A stretch of DNA of 64,000 bases from an uncultured Gammaproteobacteria bacterium (GTDB taxonomy: Bacteria; Pseudomonadota; Gammaproteobacteria; DRLM01). Positions 9,835 through 19,893 of this stretch are shown here, piece by piece; positions within the stretch are counted from its first letter, which is position 1; each line of letters opens with the position of its first letter. The translations under genes and the position numbers were made by a program. The stretch spans positions 287,666 to 351,665 of the forward strand of contig CAVSNY010000004.1 of NCBI GenBank assembly GCA_963729605.1, given 5' to 3'. A model generated the notes under the pieces. That model saw only the letters and a program-made list of their open reading frames with translations, searched no databases and was not told the origin of the DNA.

Positions 9835-11637
9835 ATGCGTAGCCACTATTGCGGGCATGTCAATGAGTCTTTGGCGGAACAAGAGGTGGAAGTATGCGGC
9901 TGGGTGCGTCGCCGCCGCGACCACGGCGGGGTGATCTTCGTCGATTTGCGTGACCGCGAAGGTGTTTTGCAGGTGGTGTTCGACCCCGACTCGCCCGAGA
10001 CCTTCGCCACCGCCGAGCGCGTGCGCAGCGAATATGTGCTGCGGGTGAAGGGCACGGTACGGCCGCGTCCCGCGGGTACCGAGAACGCCAATCTGCCCAC
10101 CGGCCAAGTCGAGGTCATCGCCCGCCAGGTGGAGATACTGAATCGCTCCGAGCCGTTGCCGTTCCAGGTGGAAGACGACAGCGAACTCAACGAAGAGATC
10201 CGGCTGCGCTACCGTTATCTCGATCTGCGCCGCCCGCAGATGCAGCGCCGTTTGCAGATGCGCGCGCAGACCACGCGCACCTTGCGCCGCTTCCTCGACG
10301 ATCGCGGCTTCCTCGACATCGAGACGCCGATGCTCACCAAGTCCACACCCGAAGGCGCGCGCGATTATCTGGTGCCGAGCCGCACCTATCCCGGCGAATT
10401 CTTCGCGCTGCCGCAGTCGCCGCAGCTGTTCAAACAAATTCTCATGATGGCAGGCATGGACCGCTATTACCAAATCGTGCGCTGCTTCCGCGACGAGGAC
10501 CTGCGCGCCGACCGTCAGCCCGAATTCACGCAGATCGATATCGAGATGTCGTTCATCAACGAAGAGCAGATCATGAACCTCATGGAGGACATGATCCGCG
10601 AGCTGTTCGCGCAGGTGCTGGAAGTGCCGCTGCACAGCCCGTTTCCGCGCATGACGTATGCCGAGGCCGTGGCGCGTTTCGGCATCGACCGTCCCGATCT
10701 GCGTATTCCGCTCGAACTGGTGGAATTGAAGGACGTGATGGCCAAGGTCGATTTCAAGGTGTTTTCCGCGCCGGCGAACGATGTGAACGGCCGCGTCGTC
10801 GCGCTGCGCCTGCCGAAGGGCGGCGAGCTGTCGCGTAAAGAGATCGATGATTACACCGCCTTCGTCGCGCGCTACGGCGCGAAGGGCCTCGCTTATATCA
10901 AAGTGAACGAAGCGGCCAAGGGCCGCGACGGTTTGCAATCGCCCATCGTCAAATTCCTGCCCGACGACGTGATCGCCGCCATCATGCAGCGCACCGGCGC
11001 CGAGGACGGCGATTTGATTTTCTTCGGCGCCGACAAGGCCAAGGTCGTCAACGAATCCATGGCCGCGCTGCGCGTGAAGCTCGGCCACGATCGCGATCTG
11101 GTGGAGCGCGGCTGGCGCCCGCTGTGGGTGGTCGATTTCCCGATGTTCGAATACGACGACAAGGCCAATCGCTGGGTCGCCCTGCACCATCCCTTCACCG
11201 CGCCCAAGGTCAACGACATCGCCGACGTGACGCGCGACCCCGGCAACTGCATCTCGCGCGCCTACGACATGGTGCTCAACGGCACCGAACTCGGCGGCGG
11301 TTCGATCCGTATCCATCGTCCCGAAATGCAGCAGGCGGTGTTCGGTCTGCTCGGTATCGATGAACAAGAAGCGAAGGAAAAATTCGGTTTCCTGCTCGAC
11401 GCGCTGTCGTTCGGCTGCCCGCCGCACGGCGGCCTCGCCTTTGGCCTCGACCGTCTGGTGATGCTGATGAGCGGAGCCGGTTCGATCCGCGACGTCATGG
11501 CCTTTCCGAAAACCCAATCGGCCTCCTGCCTGCTCACCTCCGCGCCCTCGCCGGTGGCCGATACTCATCTGCGCGAACTCGGCATCCGCCTGCGCAAAGC
11601 GGAAGGGGAGAAGGCCGGCCAACCGGCCGGCACATAA
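9835..11637 (+). CDS. aspS: aspartate--tRNA ligase
   Basis: [51 protein letters not shown]. Confidence 0.98.
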   Translation: MRSHYCGHVNESLAEQEVEVCGWVRRRRDHGGVIFVDLRDREGVLQVVFDPDSPETFATAERVRSEYVLRVKGTVRPRPAGTENANLPTGQVEVIARQVEILNRSEPLPFQVEDDSELNEEIRLRYRYLDLRRPQMQRRLQMRAQTTRTLRRFLDDRGFLDIETPMLTKSTPEGARDYLVPSRTYPGEFFALPQSPQLFKQILMMAGMDRYYQIVRCFRDEDLRADRQPEFTQIDIEMSFINEEQIMNLMEDMIRELFAQVLEVPLHSPFPRMTYAEAVARFGIDRPDLRIPLELVELKDVMAKVDFKVFSAPANDVNGRVVALRLPKGGELSRKEIDDYTAFVARYGAKGLAYIKVNEAAKGRDGLQSPIVKFLPDDVIAAIMQRTGAEDGDLIFFGADKAKVVNESMAALRVKLGHDRDLVERGWRPLWVVDFPMFEYDDKANRWVALHHPFTAPKVNDIADVTRDPGNCISRAYDMVLNGTELGGGSIRIHRPEMQQAVFGLLGIDEQEAKEKFGFLLDALSFGCPPHGGLAFGLDRLVMLMSGAGSIRDVMAFPKTQSASCLLTSAPSPVADTHLRELGIRLRKAEGEKAGQPAGT

Positions 11638-11715
11638 TCCTTGCCTGCGTGGAACATTAGGCTTTAGAGTGAATCCATAGTGATGGACGGGGGTTCGCCG
11701 TACAGCGCTATCGAT

Positions 11716-11746
11716 GTAGGGCGGGTGAACGCAGCGTAACCCGCCA
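11716..11746. repeat. GTAG-type REP-like palindrome
   Basis: GTAGGGCGGGTGAACGCAGCGTAACCCGCC hairpin; related degenerate copies near 46619-46648 and 49585-49612. Confidence 0.55.
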
Positions 11747-11779
11747 ATACGCTTTACTTCTCGTGAACAGGTAATAAAC

Positions 11780-12883
11780 ATGGCCGCCAACGCACTCGCA
11801 CTTCAACAATTCGCCGACATCGACGAGGCCGAGATCGAGGCGCGCATCCGTGCGGCGAGGGAGAAACTCGGCGAGCGCGTGGTGATCTTGGGCCATCACT
11901 ATCAACGCGAAGAAGTATTCCGCCACGCCGATGTCTCCGGCGATTCGCTGAAACTCTCGCGTTATGCGGCGCAGTCGAAAGCGGAATACATCGTGTTCTG
12001 CGGCGTGCACTTCATGGCCGAGGTCGCCGACATCCTGTCGCGGCCCGAACAGATTTCAATATTGCCCGACCTCGCCGCCGGCTGTTCGATGGCCGACATG
12101 GCCAATCTCGCCAAGGTCGAACGCGCGTGGCGCGAATTGAACGAAGTGCTGGGCGACGCCGAGCAAACCATCACTCCCGTCACCTACATCAACTCCGCGG
12201 CGGATTTGAAGGCCTTTTGCGGCCGCCACGGCGGCATCGTCTGCACCTCGTCGAACGCCAAGCAAGTATTGAGCTGGTCCTTCGCCCAGCGCGAAAAAGT
12301 GCTGTTTTTCCCGGACCAACACCTCGGCCGCAACACCGGCTACGGCATGGGCATTCCGCTCGACGACATGGTGACCTGGGACTTCACGCGGCCCATGGGC
12401 GGCCTCACCGCCGAGCAAATCAAACAGGCGAAGATCATTCTGTGGAAGGGTTTTTGCTCCGTGCACCAGATGTTCCAGCCCCAGCACATCGACGCCTTCC
12501 GCGCGAAGTATCCCGAGGGCAAGGTCATCTCCCACCCCGAGTGCATGTTCGAGGTCTGCCAGAAATCCGATTACGTCGGCTCCACCGAATACATCATCAA
12601 GACCATCGCCGCCGCCGAAGCCGGCAGCCGTTGGCTGGTCGGCACCGAACTCAACCTCGTCAACCGCCTCGCCGAACGCTTCAAGGCCGAAGGCAAACAC
12701 GTGCACTTCATGTCGCCGACCATTTGCATGTGCTCCACCATGTTCCGTATCAATCCTCAACACCTGTTATGGGTTTTGGAAAATCTGGTGGAGGGTAAGG
12801 TGGTGAATCAAATCAAGGTGCCGCCGGAGGAAGCGCGTTACGCGCGGATTACCTTGGAACGCATGCTGGAAGTATCGCCTTAG
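11780..12883 (+). CDS. nadA: quinolinate synthase
   Basis: LGHHYQ, FCGVHFMAE, AGCSMADM, YINS, GFCSVH, HPEC, CMCSTM. Confidence 0.97.
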   Translation: MAANALALQQFADIDEAEIEARIRAAREKLGERVVILGHHYQREEVFRHADVSGDSLKLSRYAAQSKAEYIVFCGVHFMAEVADILSRPEQISILPDLAAGCSMADMANLAKVERAWRELNEVLGDAEQTITPVTYINSAADLKAFCGRHGGIVCTSSNAKQVLSWSFAQREKVLFFPDQHLGRNTGYGMGIPLDDMVTWDFTRPMGGLTAEQIKQAKIILWKGFCSVHQMFQPQHIDAFRAKYPEGKVISHPECMFEVCQKSDYVGSTEYIIKTIAAAEAGSRWLVGTELNLVNRLAERFKAEGKHVHFMSPTICMCSTMFRINPQHLLWVLENLVEGKVVNQIKVPPEEARYARITLERMLEVSP

Positions 12884-13481
12884 GCGTGTAAACAGCTCCG
12901 ACTTGATCCGACGGTCTGTGTCAGATGGAGCTAAGCCTGGAGCTTGCCTTGTCCGAGTTCGGCCAGGAGCAACAGTTTGTGACCGTGCAGCCCTGTGACC
13001 GCTCTTGGCCATAGCGGGTATTGAAGGCTTGCAGCTTGTGCGACCGCTCATCTTCATGTTCCAGCCGTTCGCACATTTCCAAGAAAAACTTAGTTGTCTT
13101 CAGCCGGAACGACCGCTTGTCGAAAATGCCTACCCACCCTTTCGACCTCGAACAGTCAGTTACGCTCAAGCTGTCTAAGGCCTGTTCTGCAGCGTAAAAG
13201 CAGTCACCCCATTCCAAGTTGTCTAGTCGGCACCCACTGGCCTTTTTGGTGTGCCCTTGCTCCGCCGCAGAAGAGCCACGACACATGCAGCGAAGCAAAA
13301 AAGCCGTGCTGATTTTTAGAGTCGGCACAATCAGCTCTACCCATGGGTTTTGGACGGTTCGCTCCCCTCTTGACCACTTTTAGCCCCACTAGAGAATTAT
13401 GTTGGGGTAATATTGGGCAAAGAAATTGGTACGAACTGGCGGCACTAGCCAGCCCGTCCTTTGTTCGAGGGAGAACATTAT

Positions 13482-13937
13482 TTGATTTTTCTAGATCAAA
13501 CCAGGCGTCACCGGAAATTCTACGTTATCACTCTATCCATCCTACTGGCGCTATTCTGCTTTCGCGTGCTAGCACAGTTGCTACAGCGTTACATCGAGAT
13601 TTCTTTCTTGCCACCATTTGATGCATGGCAAAGTGGTGCCGTGCCTTACAATGCCTTATTCGCATCACAGGTGGTGATTATTGTTGTCTACGGGTGGATT
13701 CTGCGGCGTATCATGATGGATAAAATTCAACCGAGCAGCAGGCAAGGATGGATATTTCTCATCATCGGCCTGATTTATTTTTTTGTCATGGTGGCGCGCC
13801 TGTTCATTGGTTTGACCGGTCTTTCCGAACACCACTGGTTCCATAGTTATTTGCCTACCCTGTTCCATTTTGTACTTTCGGGCTATTTAATTGCATTGGG
13901 TTATTTTCATCTCCAGGCTGCGGGGCAACGACTATGA
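13482..13937 (+). CDS. hypothetical integral membrane protein (about 4 TM)
   Basis: GGAG RBS then TTG at 13482; four hydrophobic segments; ATGA overlap with the next gene. Confidence 0.75.
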   Translation: MIFLDQTRRHRKFYVITLSILLALFCFRVLAQLLQRYIEISFLPPFDAWQSGAVPYNALFASQVVIIVVYGWILRRIMMDKIQPSSRQGWIFLIIGLIYFFVMVARLFIGLTGLSEHHWFHSYLPTLFHFVLSGYLIALGYFHLQAAGQRL

Positions 13938-16537
13938 GCTACGCGGCTTCCGCGACCCCATCAAATGCCCAGCGTCCTCTGTGGCAGGAATTTATTGCTC
14001 TGATCGCCTACCCGGCCTCGTTTTTTCTCGCTGTCGCGGCGTTTCTCTGGTTCAACGCAAACGGCTATCCGAAATGGATTAGCGCCTATCTTCCGGTGAT
14101 TGTCTGCGCGGTGGTGGTATTGCCCTTGCTGGAGCGTGTTATACCGCATCGCCGCGACTGGCGGCCGGGCAGACGGGAATGGTTTACCGATGCGCTCTAC
14201 ACCATCGTCATACAAATCGCTATGCCGCCCCTGCTCGCACTGCTCGTGGTGCTTGGTTTGAGCGATTTTACCCAACCGTATCTGCATTCCTCCCTGTGGC
14301 CGCATCAATGGCCGATACTGGCCCAGGGCATTTTGATGGTGCTGCTAGTTGATCTCATGCGCTATTGGTTGCATCGGTTCGCACACACCAATCCAACCCT
14401 GTGGCGATTGCACGCGGTGCACCATTCGCCCGATAAGCTTTATTGGCTCAATACGGCGCGCTTTCATCCGCTGGAGAAGACCTTGCATTTTGCATTGGAC
14501 TCGATGCCGTTCATTCTTTTGGGCGTCAATGAATACGTCCTGGCATTCTACTTCGTCTGCTACGCGGTGAACGGCTTTTACCAGCACAGCAACGTTTACC
14601 TCCGTCTAGGTCCACTCAGTTACATTTTCAGCACTGCCGAATTGCACCGCTGGCATCACTCGAAAATCGTGCGGGAAGCTAATCACAATTACAGCAACAC
14701 CACGATATTCTGGGACATCGTGTTCGGTACGTATTACCGCCCGCGTGACCACAATATGGCGCGTGCTGGCATACAAAATGATCGCTACCCGATGAGTTTC
14801 GGCCGTCAACTGCTCGGGCCCTTCATGAGAAATCTGGAAAGTCGAGACGTGTTTGTGCCCACGCTGCGCGAGGCCACGATGAATCTCCTGCTGCGGCTAG
14901 GCTTCGCGAAAATCAATCGTACGTATTGGCGCGACCTAGAAAAGGCCACGCACGACGTTGCGGAGACGCAAAATAGGGTGTTGCGAGGAATCATGCAACA
15001 GAACCGGGAGACTGTGTTCGGCCAGCGCCACCATTTCGCCGAGGTCCTTTCCATCCCCGATTATCAACGCCTGTGTCCGGTGCAGACCTACAACAGCCTG
15101 CGCCCGTACATCGATGAGCAGGAAAGTGACAGCAAACCTGCCATCACGGCGGAACAGGCGTTGTTTTACGCCAAGACCAGCGGCAGTACCGGCACAGCGA
15201 AACTTTTACCGGTTACGCCTACTATGGTCGCGCAAATCAAGCACCAGCAGGCCGTGGCCGGATTTCTACAATACCGCGCCTGTCCGCGCGCATTCCTGGG
15301 TGCGTTGCTCGGCATCACGGGTGCAGTCGAGGAGGAAAGAACCGCTACTGGAAAGGTGGTCGGTGCTATCTCGGGAGTCATGTTCGAAATGCTGCCCTGG
15401 CCGATGAAACGGAAATTCATCGTGCCGTCCGTGACGTTCTCCATCAAGGATCATCTGACGAAGTATATGTTGATTTTGCGTTTGGCGCTGGCTGAAAGAG
15501 GCATCACCTATATCGCCACCGCCAACCCGTCCACGTTCGTATTGCTGCTGGAGTTGGCGCACAAGTATCGCGACGAATTGTTGGTGGGAATTGAGACGGG
15601 ACTGTGGCCCGCCGAACGCCCGCTACCTCCCGAAGTTTTCGAGGCGGTGAAGCGCAAGCTCCGGCCGGATCAGGCTAGGGCCACCGAGTTGAGGGAATTG
15701 TTCGCTGCAAAGGAACAGCTAGTGATACGGGACATCTGGCCCCATGTTGCACTGCTGGCAACATGGACGGGGGGCAACTGCCGCATTCCACTACAGACCA
15801 TCAAGGCGCAATTGCCCGAACAGACCGTTACGATGGACCTGGGTCTTATGGCGAGCGAGTGTCGCACTACGCTGGCGGTTGAAGCAGGCACTTCCTCCGG
15901 CCTGCCGGTTTTCATGGATTATTTCTTCGAGTTCGTCGAGCGTGATCGCTGGGACAATAAGAAGCCGGAATTCCTGACGCTGGACCGGCTGGAACAGGGA
16001 AAGGAGTACTACATTTTCGTCACGACTACAGCTGGACTCTATCGTTATGACATGAACGACATTGTCATCGTGACCGGCCGCCGCCACGACGTCCCACTGA
16101 TCGAGTTCCTCCAGAAGGGCCGTGGCGTGACTAATATCACTGGCGAGAAAATATACGAAACCCAGGTGATACAGGCCACCGCGGATACAGCGGCACAATG
16201 TTCACTGACCTTTCCGTTTTTTATCGTGCTCGCTGATCGCTTCGCCGGATGCTATGAATTTTACTTCGAGTTGAACGGTTCATCTGCGTTGGACATCGAG
16301 GAACTAAGCCGCCTGCTCGATGAGAATCTCTGCCGTCAGAACGACGAGTACATGCAGAAACGCGCCAGTAGCCGACTTAAGCCGCTGATGGCGTGGCAGC
16401 TCAAGCCGGGGACGGCCACGAATTTCCGTACGCACCTAGTGAAGCGCGGCCAGAAGGAAGGCCAGTTTAAGGTCCAGTGCCTGGCTTACAAGGACGAGGT
16501 CGATTTTGATTTCCATCCACAACTCATGACGGAGTAG
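13934..16537 (+). CDS. fusion of a sterol desaturase/fatty acid hydroxylase domain and a GH3 acyl-acid amido synthetase-like domain
   Basis: N-terminal TMs with HRFAH, HAVHH, QHSN and HRWHH di-iron His boxes; C-terminal KTSGSTG..K, MASEC, TTTAGLYRYDMND and GEK GH3/ANL motifs. Confidence 0.85.
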   Translation: MSYAASATPSNAQRPLWQEFIALIAYPASFFLAVAAFLWFNANGYPKWISAYLPVIVCAVVVLPLLERVIPHRRDWRPGRREWFTDALYTIVIQIAMPPLLALLVVLGLSDFTQPYLHSSLWPHQWPILAQGILMVLLVDLMRYWLHRFAHTNPTLWRLHAVHHSPDKLYWLNTARFHPLEKTLHFALDSMPFILLGVNEYVLAFYFVCYAVNGFYQHSNVYLRLGPLSYIFSTAELHRWHHSKIVREANHNYSNTTIFWDIVFGTYYRPRDHNMARAGIQNDRYPMSFGRQLLGPFMRNLESRDVFVPTLREATMNLLLRLGFAKINRTYWRDLEKATHDVAETQNRVLRGIMQQNRETVFGQRHHFAEVLSIPDYQRLCPVQTYNSLRPYIDEQESDSKPAITAEQALFYAKTSGSTGTAKLLPVTPTMVAQIKHQQAVAGFLQYRACPRAFLGALLGITGAVEEERTATGKVVGAISGVMFEMLPWPMKRKFIVPSVTFSIKDHLTKYMLILRLALAERGITYIATANPSTFVLLLELAHKYRDELLVGIETGLWPAERPLPPEVFEAVKRKLRPDQARATELRELFAAKEQLVIRDIWPHVALLATWTGGNCRIPLQTIKAQLPEQTVTMDLGLMASECRTTLAVEAGTSSGLPVFMDYFFEFVERDRWDNKKPEFLTLDRLEQGKEYYIFVTTTAGLYRYDMNDIVIVTGRRHDVPLIEFLQKGRGVTNITGEKIYETQVIQATADTAAQCSLTFPFFIVLADRFAGCYEFYFELNGSSALDIEELSRLLDENLCRQNDEYMQKRASSRLKPLMAWQLKPGTATNFRTHLVKRGQKEGQFKVQCLAYKDEVDFDFHPQLMTE

Positions 16538-16544
16538 TGCGTAC

Positions 16545-17745
16545 GTGAAAATTGCGAGCCTTGACCTGGCACCGTTGCGGATTCCCTTCCGGGTATCCTT
16601 TAAGCACGCCTCAGCAGAACGTAACATCACACAGAGCTTTATGGTTATCGCCCGTTCAGAAGCAGGCTTCTTTGGTTACGGCGAAGGCTGTCCGCGCGAC
16701 TATGTCACGGGCGAGACCGATGCCAGCGTTGCCGCGTTCTTCGGCAGATATCGCGATGACATCGCGGCCAAGATCGTCGGTTCGTCGAGCCTGCAGGAAT
16801 GGATACGGGCCCATCAACGGGATATCGATCAAAACCCGGCGGCATGGTGCGCGATAGAGCTGGCACTGCTCGATCTATTTGCTCGGCAAGACAATGTTCC
16901 CATGGAAATGCTGCTGGGCTTGCCGCCGCTCGCAGGACCGTTTGTTTACAGCGCCGTGCTCGGCGCCACTGACACGAAACGGTTTACCGAGATATTGGAA
17001 CGCTACCGGAAGTTCGGTATGCGCGATTACAAGATCAAGCTTTCAGGCGATGTCGACCGCGATCGCGGAAATCTTGCCGCTCTGTACTCCGCGGGCATCG
17101 TACCGGCGCAGGTGCGGGCAGATGCGAATAACCTCTGGTCCGATCTCAATGTCGCGCAAGACTATCTCAAATCCCTAGACTATCCCTTCGCCGCCATCGA
17201 AGAACCGCTCCGGCCCGGTCAGTTCGCCGATCTGGCGACGCTTGCCGACTCCCTCGCGGCCCGCATCGTGCTGGACGAAAGCATCACGCGGGAGAATCAG
17301 CTCGCGCAGTTGCCGGCACCGCCCGGTCGGTGGATCGTCAATCTCCGGGTTTCAAAAATGGGCGGCTTGTTGCGCTCGCTCGCTGTGGCGAACCGTTGCC
17401 GCGAAATGGGGCTCGCGCTGGTTGTCGGCGCTCAGGTGGGCGAAACTAGCCTGCTCACGCGCGCAGCGCTGATTGCCGCCCTGAAAAGTTTCGGCGTTGA
17501 CCTGGGCGAGCCTGCTCACGCGCGCAGCGCTGATTGTGGCGCAGGCAGCGCGCGACAGCGTGATTGCGCAGGAAGGGGCGTTCGGTACCATGTTGTTGGA
17601 ATCCGATGCCGTGCAACCAATGCTCATGTTCGGCGCAAAGGGTGAGCTCGATATCCTTTCAGCGCGACTTGACCGGTCACCGGGCTTTGGTTTGACGCCG
17701 ATACCGGATCTTGCTGATCGTTATCTCAAGCACGGAGTAGGCTAA
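16545..17745 (+). pseudogene. mandelate racemase/muconate lactonizing (enolase superfamily, epimerase-like) gene frameshifted by a 61-bp insertion
   Basis: GYGEGCPR, KIK, DAN, EEP, DES, SKMGG motifs; removing 61 bp gives a 1140-nt (379 aa) frame ...GETSLLTRAALIVAQ...QEGAFG. Confidence 0.85.
17448..17536. repeat. perfect 28-bp direct repeat flanking a 33-bp unique insert (repeat-spacer-repeat)
   Basis: AGCCTGCTCACGCGCGCAGCGCTGATTG at 17448-17475 and 17509-17536; insert CCGCCCTGAAAAGTTTCGGCGTTGACCTGGGCG at 17476-17508. Confidence 0.95.
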
Positions 17746-17868
17746 AGTTGGTCGCAGCGATAGGCTTTCTCGGCATGCTCCTCTCCGGCTGCCAGAGTAT
17801 CGTCGGCGCTCTCGTGTTGCCCAAAGATGGTATCCGCTCAAGTGAATACCGCGTGCACATAAATCGCG

Positions 17869-17934
17869 ACGCGGCCATATCTTGGCATTGAGGTAGACGA
17901 CGCGCTGGATATTTCCGAGCAAACTGACATCTAG
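17869..17934 (+). pseudogene. tyrosine recombinase/integrase C-terminal remnant
   Basis: Reads YLGIEVDDALDISEQTDI*, matching the RYLGIEVDDAL..EQTEI end of a common proteobacterial integrase family (includes the catalytic Tyr). Confidence 0.7.
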
Positions 17935-17943
17935 CCAACAATT

Positions 17944-17979
17944 TGCGGCCGCACGTAACTTGGCGTGCGGCCGCTTTAT
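17944..17979 (+). terminator. hairpin after the integrase remnant
   Basis: GCGGCCGCACG-taacttgg-CGTGCGGCCGC then TTTA. Confidence 0.55.
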
Positions 17980-18283
17980 GGCATCATGCTGTGTGCGTAC
18001 TCCTGGTCAAAAGCGAGCTTTGAGTTCTTTTCAATGCAGGGTGGGCTCGCATCGCGGAGCCCATCAAGCGTTGCCCGGAACACAATGCCGTAGCCTTGTT
18101 TATTTGGTGCAATGCACTGCGTCTATTGCACCCCACGGTCCTCGCCATCCCGAATGCCAAGCAAGCCGCTTCATGATCAAGTCGGCGTTGGCGGCGGCTG
18201 ATCACCCTTAATCCGGCAAGCACTGCTTTTTGAGTTACGCTGAAATAGCGCCGCGCTACTTTCAAGTGAACCTTGAGTTGTGT

Positions 18284-18808
18284 TCAATCCACGAAGGTGA
18301 CGATCTCTCCCAGGCGCCGCCGCGGTGTGTTTTCCGGCAACTCCGCCGGATAACCCACGCTGAGCAGGGCCACCGGCACCATGCCGGTCGGCAGGGCAAG
18401 CAGCTTCGCGACTTTCTGATCGTCGAATTGACCGACCCAGGTCGAGCCCATGCCCGCCGCGACGATGGCGAGTTGGGCGTAGGCGGCGGCGATGGTGGCG
18501 TCTTGCACGGCGTAGAGTTGCGCGCCGCGCGGACCGAATTCTTGCGCGGAGCGCGCCGGGTCGGCGGCGAATACCAAGCAGAGCGGCGCCTGGCCGATGA
18601 AGGGTTGGTCACCGGCCGCTTGTTGCAAGGCGAGCCGCAGGCTGCGATCGCTCACCACGCTGATGCGGTAGGCTTGCAAGTCGCCGGCCGACGGCGCAGC
18701 CACCGCCATTTCCAAAACGGCGTGGAGTTTTTCCTGTTCCACCGGGAGGTCGGCCTGATATTTCCGGACGGAGTGGCGGTGGCGTACGGTCTCGAAAAAA
18801 TCCCACAT
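18284..18808 (-). CDS. nitroreductase family protein
   Basis: RHSVRKY, APSAGDLQ, GMGSTWVG, VGYP, RR motif. Confidence 0.9.
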   Translation of the reverse strand: MWDFFETVRHRHSVRKYQADLPVEQEKLHAVLEMAVAAPSAGDLQAYRISVVSDRSLRLALQQAAGDQPFIGQAPLCLVFAADPARSAQEFGPRGAQLYAVQDATIAAAYAQLAIVAAGMGSTWVGQFDDQKVAKLLALPTGMVPVALLSVGYPAELPENTPRRRLGEIVTFVD

Positions 18809-18855
18809 GCGGGTCTCCTTCTTTTATTTGACGCCGGTCGGGGCTCGGCGTCCCG

Positions 18856-19635
18856 TTACGGCGCGCCGCTTTCCGTCGTCCGGTTTTCTTTCGCGGCGCG
18901 CTCGGGGAAATTGAGCGCCAGTACCCGCCGCGCGTCGGCGGCCAGGTCGTTCACGCCCAATTTGTCGTAGGCCTCGGCCATCAACACCAAGGCATCGGGC
19001 ACCGAGGGGGTTTGGTCGTAGTGTTCGATGATGTATTTGGCGCGGCCGGCGGCGGCGACGTAGGCGGCCTTTTTCATGTAGAACTCGGCGGTGTACAGCT
19101 CGCCGCGCGCCAGGGTGTTGCGCAGGTAGATCATCCGTTGCGCGGCGTCCGCGCTGTAGGGGCTGGCGGGGAAACGTTGAACGAGTTCGGAGAAGTATTG
19201 AAACGATTCCTGCACCGCGCGCGGGTCGCGCTGCGCCGGGTCGAGGCTGAATTTTTTCTCGAAATAATCTTCTTTCGGAAAACGCGCCAGGCCTTTTATG
19301 TAATAGGCGTAGTCCACCCGCTCATGGCGCGGATAGAGTTTGATGAACTGGTCGGCGGCGGCGATGGAGGATTCCGGCTCCTCGAATTTGTAGTAGGCGT
19401 AGGCGATGTCCAACTGGGCCTGTTGCGCGTAAACGCCGAAGGGATGGCGGGCCACCAGGTTTTCGAAATATTCGACGGCCCTTTTGTAATCGCCGATCGA
19501 CATGGCCTGCTGGCCTTCTTCGTAGAAACGGCTGGCGGGCCAGGCATCCTGGTTGTCTTCGGATTTGCTGAACATCGCGCAGCCCGAGAGCAGGGCGGTG
19601 GCAAGCATCACTACGAAAAAACGTTGCATCATCAT
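18856..19635 (-). CDS. bamD: outer membrane protein assembly factor BamD
   Basis: LSGC lipobox; QQAQLDIAYAYYK, FIKLYPRHERVDYAYY, RDP, YMKKAAYVAA; start at the MMM near 19629-19635. Confidence 0.93.
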   Translation of the reverse strand: MMMQRFFVVMLATALLSGCAMFSKSEDNQDAWPASRFYEEGQQAMSIGDYKRAVEYFENLVARHPFGVYAQQAQLDIAYAYYKFEEPESSIAAADQFIKLYPRHERVDYAYYIKGLARFPKEDYFEKKFSLDPAQRDPRAVQESFQYFSELVQRFPASPYSADAAQRMIYLRNTLARGELYTAEFYMKKAAYVAAAGRAKYIIEHYDQTPSVPDALVLMAEAYDKLGVNDLAADARRVLALNFPERAAKENRTTESGAP

Positions 19636-19793
19636 TCTGGCGTCCACTGGATTGTCGAGGGTAAATAATACGCGTTGACGGCGCCGGGCGTTAGGGGCGC
19701 TCGAAAAATTTCTCCGGCCGCCGGTAGATTCGCGATTTGACATGGCGCGCGAGGCGGGTTTTTCGCGGCTTGAGAAATGTTTTACCGGAGGAC

Positions 19794-19883
19794 TAGAACC
19801 TATCTCAACTCCCTTCTCCCGCCAAGGGGGGATGACGGCGGACACCTGTTTAAAGCGCGATGATTCCTTTGAGATAGGGCCAA
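19794..19883. mobile_element. internally deleted MITE copy
   Basis: TAGAACCTATCTCA...TGAGATAGGGCCAA ends; interior matches the reverse complement of the 38015-38197 element. Confidence 0.65.
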
Positions 19884-19893
19884 TAAAATCGTG

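Larger units (their letters stand above)
12884..18260. mobile_element. probable horizontally acquired islet (degraded)
   Basis: Visibly lower GC and weaker GC3 bias than the flanks; junk-like ends; integrase C-terminal remnant at 17869-17934; boundaries approximate. Confidence 0.55.

Noticed and set aside
9763-11790. Long antisense or alternate-frame ORFs (9763-11790, 6794-8821, 34873-36510, 44786-46516, 53969-55348 and others)
   Set aside because: Shadows of well-supported genes caused by high-GC codon bias; no motifs of their own
12921-13328. 135-aa minus-strand ORF at the islet's left edge
   Set aside because: No recognisable domain and atypical composition; possibly a gene remnant but unsupported
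19636-19845. N-terminal extension of bamD in the ORF track (likewise 38119-38238)
   Set aside because: Runs through MITE/intergenic sequence; the lipoprotein signal and RBS indicate later starts
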